Positions 8,985 to 23,368 of a DNA stretch of 32,000 nucleotides are shown piece by piece. The notes under the pieces are model-generated. The model searched no databases, was not told where the DNA came from, and saw only the letters and a program-made list of their open reading frames with translations. The stretch lies in contig NZ_CP103300.1 of assembly GCF_025562755.1 (NCBI RefSeq), positions 4,743,990 through 4,775,989 of the forward strand, read 5' to 3'. Numbering within the stretch: the stretch's first letter is position 1; every line of letters starts with the position of its first letter. This DNA is from Endozoicomonas euniceicola. GTDB lineage: Bacteria; Pseudomonadota; Gammaproteobacteria; Pseudomonadales; Endozoicomonadaceae. A program made the position numbers and the translations under genes.

Positions 8985-9734
8985 ATGGTTGATTCTAGCA
9001 CTGTTTTTGTTGTAGACGACGATGATTCGATCCGCGATCTGCTGGCCAGTTACCTGAAAAAGAATGGTTATAACGTTATCGCTGCCAATAGTGGAGAAAG
9101 CTTTTTGCAGGCGTTTCAGGCGTGGTGTTCTGCCGGAGGGGATGAAACACGTGCCATTGTCGTGTTGGATATCATGATGCCGGGCATGGATGGCTTTGAT
9201 GTCTGCCGGGAGTTGCGCACTTTCTCAAAAGCGCCGGTAATAATGCTGACAGCGGTTTCTGATGAAATGGATAGAATCATTGGTCTGGAAATGGGTGCTG
9301 ACGATTATCTGGGTAAGCCCTTTAACCCTCGTGAACTGCTGGCACGCATTAAAGCGATTTTCCGCCGCAGTGAGCAGGTGGCAGAGCCAAAAAACACAGG
9401 GCGTTATGCGGTTTTTAATGGTTTCTGTCTGGATACGGTGACTCGTGAGCTGGTCTCACCTGAAGGTGAAATCGTACCTTTGACGGGGGCCGACTATAAC
9501 CTGCTGATGTTGTTTATTCGCAATCAGGGCAAGGTGCTAAGTCGTGAGAGTATCGCTGATGTAACGCGCAAACGAAACCCGGCGCCCATGGATCGTTTTA
9601 TCGATGTGAATGTCAGCCGTTTACGACAGTGCCTGGGTGAAAATGCCCGCGCTCCGGAACTGATCAAAACCGTCAGGGGGCAGGGGTACATATTAACGAC
9701 TGAAGTCGTATGGATTGATAAAGCGTCCGCTTGA
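8985..9734 (+). CDS. OmpR-family response regulator (receiver domain plus winged-helix DNA-binding domain)
   Basis: The receiver domain shows VVDDDDSIRDLL, VLDIMMPGMDGFDVCRELR and LTA..DE.DRI.GLE.GADDYL.KPF..REL.ARI. The C-terminal domain shows VNVSRLRQ...IKTVRGQGY. The track start at 8979 is a TTG, and an ATG follows at 8985. Confidence 0.9.
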   Translation: MVDSSTVFVVDDDDSIRDLLASYLKKNGYNVIAANSGESFLQAFQAWCSAGGDETRAIVVLDIMMPGMDGFDVCRELRTFSKAPVIMLTAVSDEMDRIIGLEMGADDYLGKPFNPRELLARIKAIFRRSEQVAEPKNTGRYAVFNGFCLDTVTRELVSPEGEIVPLTGADYNLLMLFIRNQGKVLSRESIADVTRKRNPAPMDRFIDVNVSRLRQCLGENARAPELIKTVRGQGYILTTEVVWIDKASA

Positions 9735-9746
9735 GGAAATAACTAT

Positions 9747-11279
9747 TTGTCTGACTTTGTTGATGTTGGCACTGGCGCAAAGGTTCGCAGTAAAACGGCC
9801 AGAAAGTACTGGGGCAGACTGTCTTCCCTGAGTCGAACTCTACTGCCTGACTCTCTGCCCGGACGGTTTTTCATGTTTATGCTGTTGCTGGTGTTTGCTT
9901 CGCAACTGGTCATCAGCAGTGTCTGGAACTTTCAAAGCTGGACGACTCAGGAAAAGGCACTGGAAAACGTTGTTTCCAATATGGCTGTGCGAGTATTGTC
10001 GACGATTGAGTACTTTGATTCCCTGCCTGACCGCTATCGGCACATTATTCTGGATCAGTTGCGGGATATGGGGGGGACGCGTTATTTCGTGACACTCAAC
10101 CGTGACTTTATCGAGATCGACGAACTGCCCGGAACCCGAAGTCAGGATATTGTGATTAACGGTTTTAAGGACACCCTGGGGGCCTTTCAGGCCAATGGTA
10201 CTTTTTCCAATGACGCTATCAGTATTGCGTTTTCGGCACCGGAAACGCTGCGGGTGTTTAATAACAACACTTACCTGATGGAATTAACCGAAAGCTGGGG
10301 GCAGCACACGCTGATTGTTGAGCCACTGTCGTTGCCGGTTCTGGTGATACAGGTGCCGGTTTCAGATAATGAGTGGTTGTATCTTGCTACCCTGATGCCA
10401 GACTCCGGCATTATGTCGTCTTCTCTGCCTATGGATTTGCAAGTGATTTATCTGTTCGGGCTGACCGTCTTGCTGATGTTCGGAAGCTGGATGATTTACG
10501 TGCTGACGCAGCCGGTGGAGCAATTATCCAAGGCGGCTGAAAATTTTGGCAGAAGTTTTGAGCCTGTGTATTTGCCGGAAGAAGGGGCGCGGGAGTTTAA
10601 GACGACTGCCAGTGCCTTTAACCGCATGCAAAGGAATATTCAACACTTCCTGAATGACCGGAAACAACTGTTTTCCGGAATTTCCCATGATCTGAAAACA
10701 CCGTTAACGCGGTTGCGCTTGCGGGCAGAAATGCTGGATGACGACGATGAACGACAGGGGTTTGTTGAAGATATTGAACATCTGGATATGATGGTGCGCA
10801 GCGCCTTGCAAATGGTTCGGGATACGGATATCCATGAAAATCCGGAAAGTGTCGATCTGGAACAGATGCTGGAGAATATTGCCCGGGCTGGCCGGTCTGT
10901 TGGGCAGAAGATCAGCGTTAAGTGCCATGAGCACGAAGTCGTCACTGGCAAGCCCCTGGCACTGCGGCGTTGTTTTGAAAACCTGATTGATAATGCGGTG
11001 ATCTATGGTGGCAGTGCTGATATCTCTCTTTCTGTAGAAGACGGTTATAACCGCATTGTCATCAGAGATCAGGGACCCGGATTGCCAGGAGGTATGGAAG
11101 AAGAAGTCTTTCAGCCCTATCGTCGTTTTGAGCATGGTGAAGCCTGTAATCCCGGAGGTAATGGCTTAGGCCTGATTACTGCACGACACCTGGTGGGGAC
11201 TCACGGGGGGCAGTTAAGCCTTCGCAACCATCCGCAGGGTGGACTGGAAGTGACGCTTACCATTCCTTGTGACATCTGA
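9747..11279 (+). CDS. EnvZ-like sensor histidine kinase
   Basis: It has two TM segments flanking a periplasmic domain of about 180 aa and a HAMP-like linker. The H-box is FSGISHDLKTPLTRLRLRAEML, and N/G boxes are present (NLIDNAVIYG, DQGPGLP, GNGLGL). A TTG start at 9747 sits 9 nt after a GAGGA that overlaps the response-regulator stop, so the exact start is uncertain. Confidence 0.88.
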   Translation: MSDFVDVGTGAKVRSKTARKYWGRLSSLSRTLLPDSLPGRFFMFMLLLVFASQLVISSVWNFQSWTTQEKALENVVSNMAVRVLSTIEYFDSLPDRYRHIILDQLRDMGGTRYFVTLNRDFIEIDELPGTRSQDIVINGFKDTLGAFQANGTFSNDAISIAFSAPETLRVFNNNTYLMELTESWGQHTLIVEPLSLPVLVIQVPVSDNEWLYLATLMPDSGIMSSSLPMDLQVIYLFGLTVLLMFGSWMIYVLTQPVEQLSKAAENFGRSFEPVYLPEEGAREFKTTASAFNRMQRNIQHFLNDRKQLFSGISHDLKTPLTRLRLRAEMLDDDDERQGFVEDIEHLDMMVRSALQMVRDTDIHENPESVDLEQMLENIARAGRSVGQKISVKCHEHEVVTGKPLALRRCFENLIDNAVIYGGSADISLSVEDGYNRIVIRDQGPGLPGGMEEEVFQPYRRFEHGEACNPGGNGLGLITARHLVGTHGGQLSLRNHPQGGLEVTLTIPCDI

Positions 11280-11355
11280 CTGTTTTTCCGGTCTGGAGTT
11301 TCGCAGCTAAAAAAACTGTTTCTAATCTGCTATTTCTGACGTGCCAATAAAGACA

Positions 11356-11379
11356 GGGGCTGCTCCCGGGAACAGCCCC
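11356..11379. terminator. GC-rich hairpin between the convergent kinase and glucosidase genes
   Basis: The stem ggggctg (11356-11362) pairs with cagcccc (11373-11379) around the loop ctcccgggaa. Confidence 0.55.
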
Positions 11380-11408
11380 CATTCTGAACTAAGCCACGTG
11401 TCGTGGGT

Positions 11409-14120
<2,712 letters not shown>

Positions 14121-14417
14121 TTAAACTGAACTCAGCAAGAAACCGGGTATAAAGACGTAAAATTAAATTCCCAAAGGTTGGTTGCTGACGAATTTGCTTG
14201 TAGAAAGTAGTGAAATGGTATGTAGAATTTTGCTGGAATTATATGATCTTTATCAATTTTTAGTAATTTATTGTTTGTATTTTGTGCATCTTGTTAGGTA
14301 TAAATTCGGAGTGTTTTGGCAGGTTGTGTATTTTTTGGAAATACCCAAAAGCGATAGAAATTATCATTCTTAGTTATTTTACTTAAAAAATAAGTATAAA
14401 ATACTCGTTTTTATTAA

Positions 14418-14425
14418 TATTTTTT
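14418..14425. repeat. Target-site duplication, left copy (TATTTTTT)
   Basis: The 8 bp immediately outside the left IS terminal inverted repeat are identical to 15802-15809. Confidence 0.9.
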
Positions 14426-15801
14426 GCCTCGTCAGTAAAATCTGTGGGCAGTTTCTGGTTCAGGTAGTTTGCCAAGCGCATGATATAGGGCGATTTCTGC
14501 ACATCTGTAGGTTCTGAATCCATACGATTTTCTCGTAGTGAGTTTTATCTTGGTATTCAGACCCTCAACAATTCCGCTGGAAAACGCCTTTTTTGCCCTG
14601 AACCAGTTCAGAATAAGTGGCTTATGTCGTCGAATAGTTTTGACCACCTTCTTCATTGGATCTATCTTTGACCGCATGACTCTTGTACACCAACGATCCA
14701 GATATTTTCCTGCCCAATGTGGTGAAATGTAATCCCAGAACACCTGAAATTCCTCTTTAAGCAGGTAAGCTCTGACACTTTTCAGGTTGTACTGGAGTAC
14801 TGTGTTTAACTTGATCTCTTCTTTCTCTGTCAGATTTTCTTTTCTCTTGAGCAGGCACCAGCGAGTTTTTTTCAGAACAGGTTCATATCCGTCTGCCTGA
14901 AGTTGTTTGTGCTCTGATGCCCTGACTTCATCAATGGCTTTGTTTAGCATGGCAACGATATGGAAGCGATCCAGAATATGCAGTGCCTGGCAGGCAAACT
15001 CCGCAATCGCCTTCACGTAAGGCTGCCACATATCAGAGCAGACATACTCCAACTGCTGGCTTCGCTCTGTACCAAAGAATGAGAAAAAGCTGCGAATCGT
15101 CGCTTCAGTACGCTCTTCGCCAATCCACAGCAATCGTGTGCAGTTTCGATCAATCTGGTAAACGACAGTCAGGTACTTATGGCCTATTTGATACGCCACC
15201 TCGTCGACACCTATGGCCTTGATATTGTCGAGCGAACGATGCGCCTTGCCCCATTCAACCACATACTCAACAGCATGAAAGACCTTCTCCCATGATGTAT
15301 TGAAAGTGCAGGCAACCTCTTTCCAGGAGAGCTTTCTGGCCCAGCTTGCCAGAAACTGCATGTAGACTTTGGTAAGTTCTTTCTTGCCATCACCCCATGG
15401 AACCTGTTCAACCTTTACGCCACACGTCTTGCATTGAACCCTGCGCATTGTGTAGAGCAGAAAAACTCTAATTCCCCAGAGAGGGACGAACTCAAAACGG
15501 CGTTCAGCAAGAGAATCGTAGCCTGGTGCTGGCTTCAAGCAGCCTGAGCAAACGGCATGACTGTTCTTTCGAGGAACCACTGTCACATTAAATACTTCTG
15601 AACCTTGATAGACGCCGGGTTTTACATCCTGATAAACAAATGACTTGAGTTTATGGACTTTATTGAGGATAGTTTTAATCAGCATCAGTGCTGCCTTTTG
15701 TTGTTTTTTTGTCCTTCAACAAAAAGCTATCAAAAGTCAGCCACTGGTGCATCTACCTCAAAAATTTGTTCATTTCTACCCACAGTTATCCCTGAAGAGC
15801 C
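14426..15801 (-). mobile_element. Complete ISL3-family insertion sequence (1376 bp)
   Basis: The left end gcctcgtcagtaaaatctgtgggcag (14426-) matches the reverse complement of the right end, ggctcttcagggataactgtgggtag (15801 inward), at 19 of 26 positions. It carries a single transposase ORF and is flanked by a perfect 8-bp direct repeat. The GGCTCTTC-type termini and 8-bp duplication fit what I recall of ISL3. Confidence 0.92.
14432..15685 (-). CDS. ISL3-family DDE transposase
   Basis: The 417-aa product has an N-terminal Cys-rich zinc-finger region (CSGC...CKTC). It also shows AIGVDEVAY..GHKYLTVVY, DMWQPY, HILDRFH and a C-terminal SSGIVEGLNTKIKLTTRKSYGFR motif, all typical of ISL3 transposases. 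The stop codon lies inside the left inverted repeat. Confidence 0.92.
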   Translation of the reverse strand: MLIKTILNKVHKLKSFVYQDVKPGVYQGSEVFNVTVVPRKNSHAVCSGCLKPAPGYDSLAERRFEFVPLWGIRVFLLYTMRRVQCKTCGVKVEQVPWGDGKKELTKVYMQFLASWARKLSWKEVACTFNTSWEKVFHAVEYVVEWGKAHRSLDNIKAIGVDEVAYQIGHKYLTVVYQIDRNCTRLLWIGEERTEATIRSFFSFFGTERSQQLEYVCSDMWQPYVKAIAEFACQALHILDRFHIVAMLNKAIDEVRASEHKQLQADGYEPVLKKTRWCLLKRKENLTEKEEIKLNTVLQYNLKSVRAYLLKEEFQVFWDYISPHWAGKYLDRWCTRVMRSKIDPMKKVVKTIRRHKPLILNWFRAKKAFSSGIVEGLNTKIKLTTRKSYGFRTYRCAEIALYHALGKLPEPETAHRFY

Positions 15802-15809
15802 TATTTTTT
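15802..15809. repeat. Target-site duplication, right copy (TATTTTTT)
   Basis: The 8 bp immediately outside the right inverted repeat are identical to 14418-14425. Confidence 0.9.
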
Positions 15810-15898
15810 ACGCAAATAATGAGTTGCCCTTTCTGGGTTGGTTTCTAGAAAAACTCACTCATTGTGTTATAAAGGCCACTTTGTTCCCGGGAGTTTAA

Positions 15899-16873
<975 letters not shown>

Positions 16874-17138
16874 CCGCTGTTTGCAGGTACTGCTGGTGTG
16901 CTGATGACCCAGCGCTCGCTCAGGCATGATTGAAAACAATTAAAAGACAGTAGCCTTACTTTTCCGGATTGCCCGTTTACGCCTGCCCCCGGGTTGCAAA
17001 TCTTTTATGCGGTTTCAAAAAATATGATCAGTAGAGAAATAATATGTTCAGTTTTTTTCTGAACTGTTGGTTAACTTTGATTTGCATCAGTTATTTCTGG
17101 TAAACATCCGGTTAATGTTGTGGGTAAATTTTTACTAA

Positions 17139-20378
<3,240 letters not shown>

Positions 20379-20384
20379 TTGTCT

Positions 20385-20436
20385 TTCTTTGAGTCTTTCT
20401 TTTAAACCAGAAACGGAGTCGTAAAGGCTCCGTTTC
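20385..20436. terminator. Terminator-containing 52-bp module, copy A (shared by lacZ and the convergent small ORF)
   Basis: The sequence is ttctttgagtctttcttttaaaccagaaacggagtcgtaaaggctccgttt, with the hairpin aaacggag/ctccgttt. It is repeated at 21071-21122 with 2 mismatches. Confidence 0.7.
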
Positions 20437-20471
20437 TGTACTATGTAGACGGTATCTAAAGCAATGAGTGT

Positions 20472-20705
20472 TCAGCGTCTTCGATCCTCTTCACGCAAAG
20501 GCCAGTGTTTTATTTTTTCGCGTTTTTGTTTAGTACTTTTCTGCACTTTGTCACTGTTTTGCTTCATGCCCTCTCGCTTATCTTTGAGAGCGCAATTAAA
20601 CGTTTTCGGGTAGTGCTGGAACTCACATGGATTCGGACCGTCATCCCTTGCGAGCAAAGGGAGTGAGATAGCCAGGGTTGCGATTCCGAGCATCAATCTT
20701 TTCAT
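20472..20705 (-). CDS. Small secreted, highly basic protein of unknown function
   Basis: A signal peptide is visible (MKRLMLGIATLAISLPLLA/RDDG). The mature part of about 58 aa is Lys/Arg/Glu-rich and contains 2 Cys. I prefer the start at 20705. Coding status is unverified. Confidence 0.5.
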   Translation of the reverse strand: MKRLMLGIATLAISLPLLARDDGPNPCEFQHYPKTFNCALKDKREGMKQNSDKVQKSTKQKREKIKHWPLREEDRRR

Positions 20706-20799
20706 AATCAGCCTCAAGTGCGTTAATTAATGGCACCTGAAATATCGACTGCTTACCAATAAACTCCACTAAGGGAAGCAGTAGAACATAATATACCGC

Positions 20800-20911
20800 T
20801 GTTGGCTTTTGGCTTTTGGCTTTTGGCTTTTGGCTTTTGGCTTTTGGCTTTTGGCTTTTGGCTTTTGGCTTTTGGCTTTTGGCTGTTGGCTGTTGGCTGT
20901 TGGCTTTTGGC
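20800..20911. repeat. Heptanucleotide tandem array, 16 units (TGTTGGC x1, TTTTGGC x11, TGTTGGC x3, TTTTGGC x1)
   Basis: I counted the units directly from the sequence: 112 bp with strict 7-bp periodicity. Confidence 0.95.
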
Positions 20912-20945
20912 TGTATGAGCAGCTAATAGCCAAAAGCCAACAGCC
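20895..20945. repeat. Perfect 18-bp-stem hairpin anchored in the last heptamer units
   Basis: The arm ggctgttggcttttggct (20895-20912) is the exact reverse complement of agccaaaagccaacagcc (20928-20945). The 15-nt loop is gtatgagcagctaat. The loop plus right arm recur at 24796-24832. Confidence 0.9.
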
Positions 20946-21070
20946 CGGTAAGTTATTGAATGCTGCGCCCCTAACTTGTCATCAGGAACTATTCTGAAGG
21001 GTATCTCGCTGCTATACCAAAACTAATGAATCTAAAACCAGTGGTTTCAAGTGAGGTTCCGTTTAATCAC

Positions 21071-21122
21071 TTCTTTGAGTCTTTCTTTTAAACCAGAAAC
21101 GGGGTCGTAAAGGCGCCGTTTT
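21071..21122 (+). terminator. Terminator-containing 52-bp module, copy B
   Basis: The sequence is ttctttgagtctttcttttaaaccagaaacggggtcgtaaaggcgccgttt, followed by tttgtttctg as a T-tract. It matches 20385-20436 at 50 of 52 positions. Confidence 0.7.
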
Positions 21123-21194
21123 TGTTTCTGTGTCTTTTTCATGGTCTGCTAAGCTGATTGCTCAAACAAAAACCATCTACTCAGGAAGCGCCCA

Positions 21195-21575
21195 ATGAGT
21201 GCGACAGCAGAATCGAATGAGCCGGATCACACACTCAATACTCTGGCTGACATGATCAGTATTCTGGGTGAAACCCGGTCTGACGTTAAGGTTCTTGATC
21301 GTAAGGTTGATACTCTTGATCGTAAGGTTAACGCTCTTGATCATAAGGTTGACGCTCTTGATCATAAGGTTGACGCTCTTGATCATAAGGTTGACGCTCT
21401 TGATCATAAGGTTGACGCTCTTGATCATAAGGTTGACGCTCTTGATCATAAGGTTGACTGCATCCAGCAGGAAAACTGTGAACGCTTCGACCGGATTGAG
21501 CTAGAGCAGGCAGAGACTCGCAAGGACATTGCCAGGCTGGAACTGCTCATCCGTCAACGACTGCCGGAAAACTAA
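21195..21575 (+). CDS. Heptad-repeat (coiled-coil) protein of unknown function
   Basis: The 126-aa product has no signal peptide. Its centre is LDRKVDT LDRKVNA followed by (LDHKVDA) x6, with Leu and Val at heptad a/d-type positions. It is followed by a strong terminator hairpin. Confidence 0.7.
   Translation: MSATAESNEPDHTLNTLADMISILGETRSDVKVLDRKVDTLDRKVNALDHKVDALDHKVDALDHKVDALDHKVDALDHKVDALDHKVDCIQQENCERFDRIELEQAETRKDIARLELLIRQRLPEN
21294..21461 (+). repeat. 21-bp in-frame tandem repeat, 8 units (5 identical)
   Basis: The unit is cttgatcataaggttgacgct. Identical copies start at 21336, 21357, 21378, 21399 and 21420. Diverged copies start at 21294, 21315 and 21441. Confidence 0.95.
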
Positions 21576-21639
21576 TTCGCAACTGACATTAAGTATCAGG
21601 CGGATTATTGCAGGCAGTGAAGTATTTTTAAGTGCAAAA

Positions 21640-21674
21640 AAACGGGGGCTTCTCTTAGTGAGAAGCCCCCGTTT
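21640..21674. terminator. Bidirectional rho-independent terminator
   Basis: The stem aaacgggggcttctc pairs perfectly with gagaagcccccgttt (15 bp) around the loop ttagt. It has an A-run on the 5' side and a T-run on the 3' side. It lies between the convergent coiled-coil ORF and ptsG. Confidence 0.88.
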
Positions 21675-21705
21675 CTGAAGCTAACTTAATCGATGTAATG
21701 ATTGA

Positions 21706-23157
21706 TTAAGCAGTCGCCGCAGTCACGCCGCCAGCTTTGTTCACTTCGTGCATGGCAGTCTTGATGTTCTCAGACTGAGTACCGAAGATAGCCTGCATGT
21801 TGTTACCCACAACCATTACGCCGCGAGCGCCCAGTGCTTTAATAGCGTCCTGGTCAACTTTCTTCACGTCAACCACTGCGACACGCAGACGGGTGATGCA
21901 AGCGTCGATGGAGTTGATGTTAGCGTTGCCACCGAAAGCGATGATCAGCTTGCCAGCCAGTTCGGGGCCAACTTTTACCTGAGAACCGCTTTCTTCGTCT
22001 TCACGACCCGGAGTTTTCAGGTTGAAAGCGGTGATGATGGTACGGAATACGCCGTAGTAAACGGCTGCGTAAACAGCACCCAGAGGAATCAGCCAGAAGG
22101 ACTTGGTGCCGATGCTGGAGAACAGGGCGAAGTCGATGAAGCCGTGGGAGAAGGACGCGCCCATCTTGATTTCCAAAAAGTTGGTAATCACGAAGGCGAA
22201 ACCAGCCAGCAGGGCGTGTACAACATACAGAGCCGGAGCCAGGAACAGGAAGGAAAATTCGATGGGCTCGGTGATACCGGTCAGCATGGAAGTCAGGGCT
22301 GCGGAGATCATGATACCGCCAACACGCTTCTGGTGCTTGGTCTTAGCGCAGTGCCACATGGCGATAGCCGCAGCAGGCAGACCGAACATCTTGAACAGGA
22401 AACCACCTGCCAGGAAGCCAGCAGTCGGGTCGCCAGCGAAGAAGCGAGGAATGTCACCAGTGAATACCTGACCAGCGTCGTTGACGAACTGACCCATTTC
22501 CATCTGGAAAGGAACGTTCCATACGTGGTGGATACCGAAAGGAATCAGCATACGCTCAACGAAGCCGTAGACAAAGCCCATGGTGACAGGGTTGCCATCA
22601 ACAGCGTAGTTACCGAAGGACTTGATGACATCACCGATTGGAGGCCATACGAAAGCCATAACAGTACCCAGGGCGATGGCGGCGAAAGCGGTTACGATAG
22701 GAACAAAACGCTTGCCTGCGAAGAAGCCCAGGTATTCTGGCAGTTGAATTTTGTAAAAACGGTTGAACATGAACGCCGCCAGGGCACCGGCCAGGATGCC
22801 GCCGAATACGCCGGTATCGATGGAGGTGATGCCCATGATGGACTTGGTTTCAACACCCATCAGGCCTGCAACCAGACCCATGGTAGCCAGCATAACCACG
22901 TAGCCAACGATAGCGGCCAGAGTGGAAACGCCGTCGTTATCGGTCAGACCCAGAACGGTACCGATGGCGAACAGCAGTGGCAGGTTACCGAATACGGCAC
23001 CGCCGGCCTGTGCCATCACCTGGCTGAGCAGCTCAGGCAGGAAACTGAAGTTAGCAGCGCCGATACCCAGAAGGATACCTGCAACGGGCAGGATGGCGAC
23101 AGGCAGCATCAGCGCACGGCCGATTTTCTGCAGCACCCCAAAGGCGTTTTGCAACAT
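21706..23157 (-). CDS. ptsG: PTS glucose-family EIICB component
   Basis: The product is collinear with E. coli PtsG. Shared stretches include [43 protein letters not shown] and the C-terminal EIIB domain with the active-site motif DACITRLRV. Confidence 0.95.
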   Translation of the reverse strand: MLQNAFGVLQKIGRALMLPVAILPVAGILLGIGAANFSFLPELLSQVMAQAGGAVFGNLPLLFAIGTVLGLTDNDGVSTLAAIVGYVVMLATMGLVAGLMGVETKSIMGITSIDTGVFGGILAGALAAFMFNRFYKIQLPEYLGFFAGKRFVPIVTAFAAIALGTVMAFVWPPIGDVIKSFGNYAVDGNPVTMGFVYGFVERMLIPFGIHHVWNVPFQMEMGQFVNDAGQVFTGDIPRFFAGDPTAGFLAGGFLFKMFGLPAAAIAMWHCAKTKHQKRVGGIMISAALTSMLTGITEPIEFSFLFLAPALYVVHALLAGFAFVITNFLEIKMGASFSHGFIDFALFSSIGTKSFWLIPLGAVYAAVYYGVFRTIITAFNLKTPGREDEESGSQVKVGPELAGKLIIAFGGNANINSIDACITRLRVAVVDVKKVDQDAIKALGARGVMVVGNNMQAIFGTQSENIKTAMHEVNKAGGVTAATA

Positions 23158-23368
23158 GGTGTGAAACCTCGTGTTGATTGAGTCTGTTCAGCGTCACCCG
23201 GACTGTTGTTCGGTGTGAACCTGTGTTTGATTGTTATCGTGGGCGAGACTATCAAAACGGTCGTACCTGTTGGGTAAGGTAAGTAAACGAAATGTAACGA
23301 AGTCTTTCTTTAAGGGGCGTGATGATAAAAACATTGTCCTGTGTCAATTCTGCGTCAATAAAGGGCGA

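Noticed and set aside
17045-17063. Inverted repeat gttcag-ttttttt-ctgaac in the regulator-lacZ spacer as a LacI-family operator or terminator
   Set aside because: It has only a 6-bp stem. It does not resemble the usual LacI-family operator core (central CG with TG/CA-type arms) and is not followed by a T-tract outside the loop.
20809-20997. 62-aa ORF MAFGFWLLAFGFWLL... through the heptamer array
   Set aside because: The periodic peptide is simply the 7-bp repeat read in three phases. It has a non-ATG start and no Shine-Dalgarno sequence, and any unit change would shift the frame. I treat it as non-coding repeat DNA.
21035-21047. The 13-nt near-palindrome aaaccagtggttt also occurs at 27967-27979, exactly at the F-box / EIIB-remnant junction, suggesting element ends
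   Set aside because: By simple 4^-13 arithmetic, roughly 5e8 position pairs in a 32-kb window give several chance 13-mer matches. The flanks do not extend the similarity. It is worth rechecking only if a genome-wide search shows the motif at other junctions.
20800-21461. Possible CRISPR array, given the regularly repeated short units
   Set aside because: Both arrays are head-to-tail tandem repeats (7 bp and 21 bp) with no unique spacers between units, and there are no cas genes in the window.
21177-21504. ORFs MIKSVNLMIKSVNL... (minus strand) and ...LIIRLTLLIIRLT... (+ strand, other frame) across the 21-bp repeat
   Set aside because: These are alternative-frame readings of the same tandem repeat. 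Only the 21195-21575 frame has non-repeat N- and C-terminal regions, an ATG and a downstream terminator.
21748-23181. 477-aa + strand ORF opposite ptsG
   Set aside because: It is an antisense shadow of ptsG, and its acidic and polar composition is unlike any transporter or enzyme.
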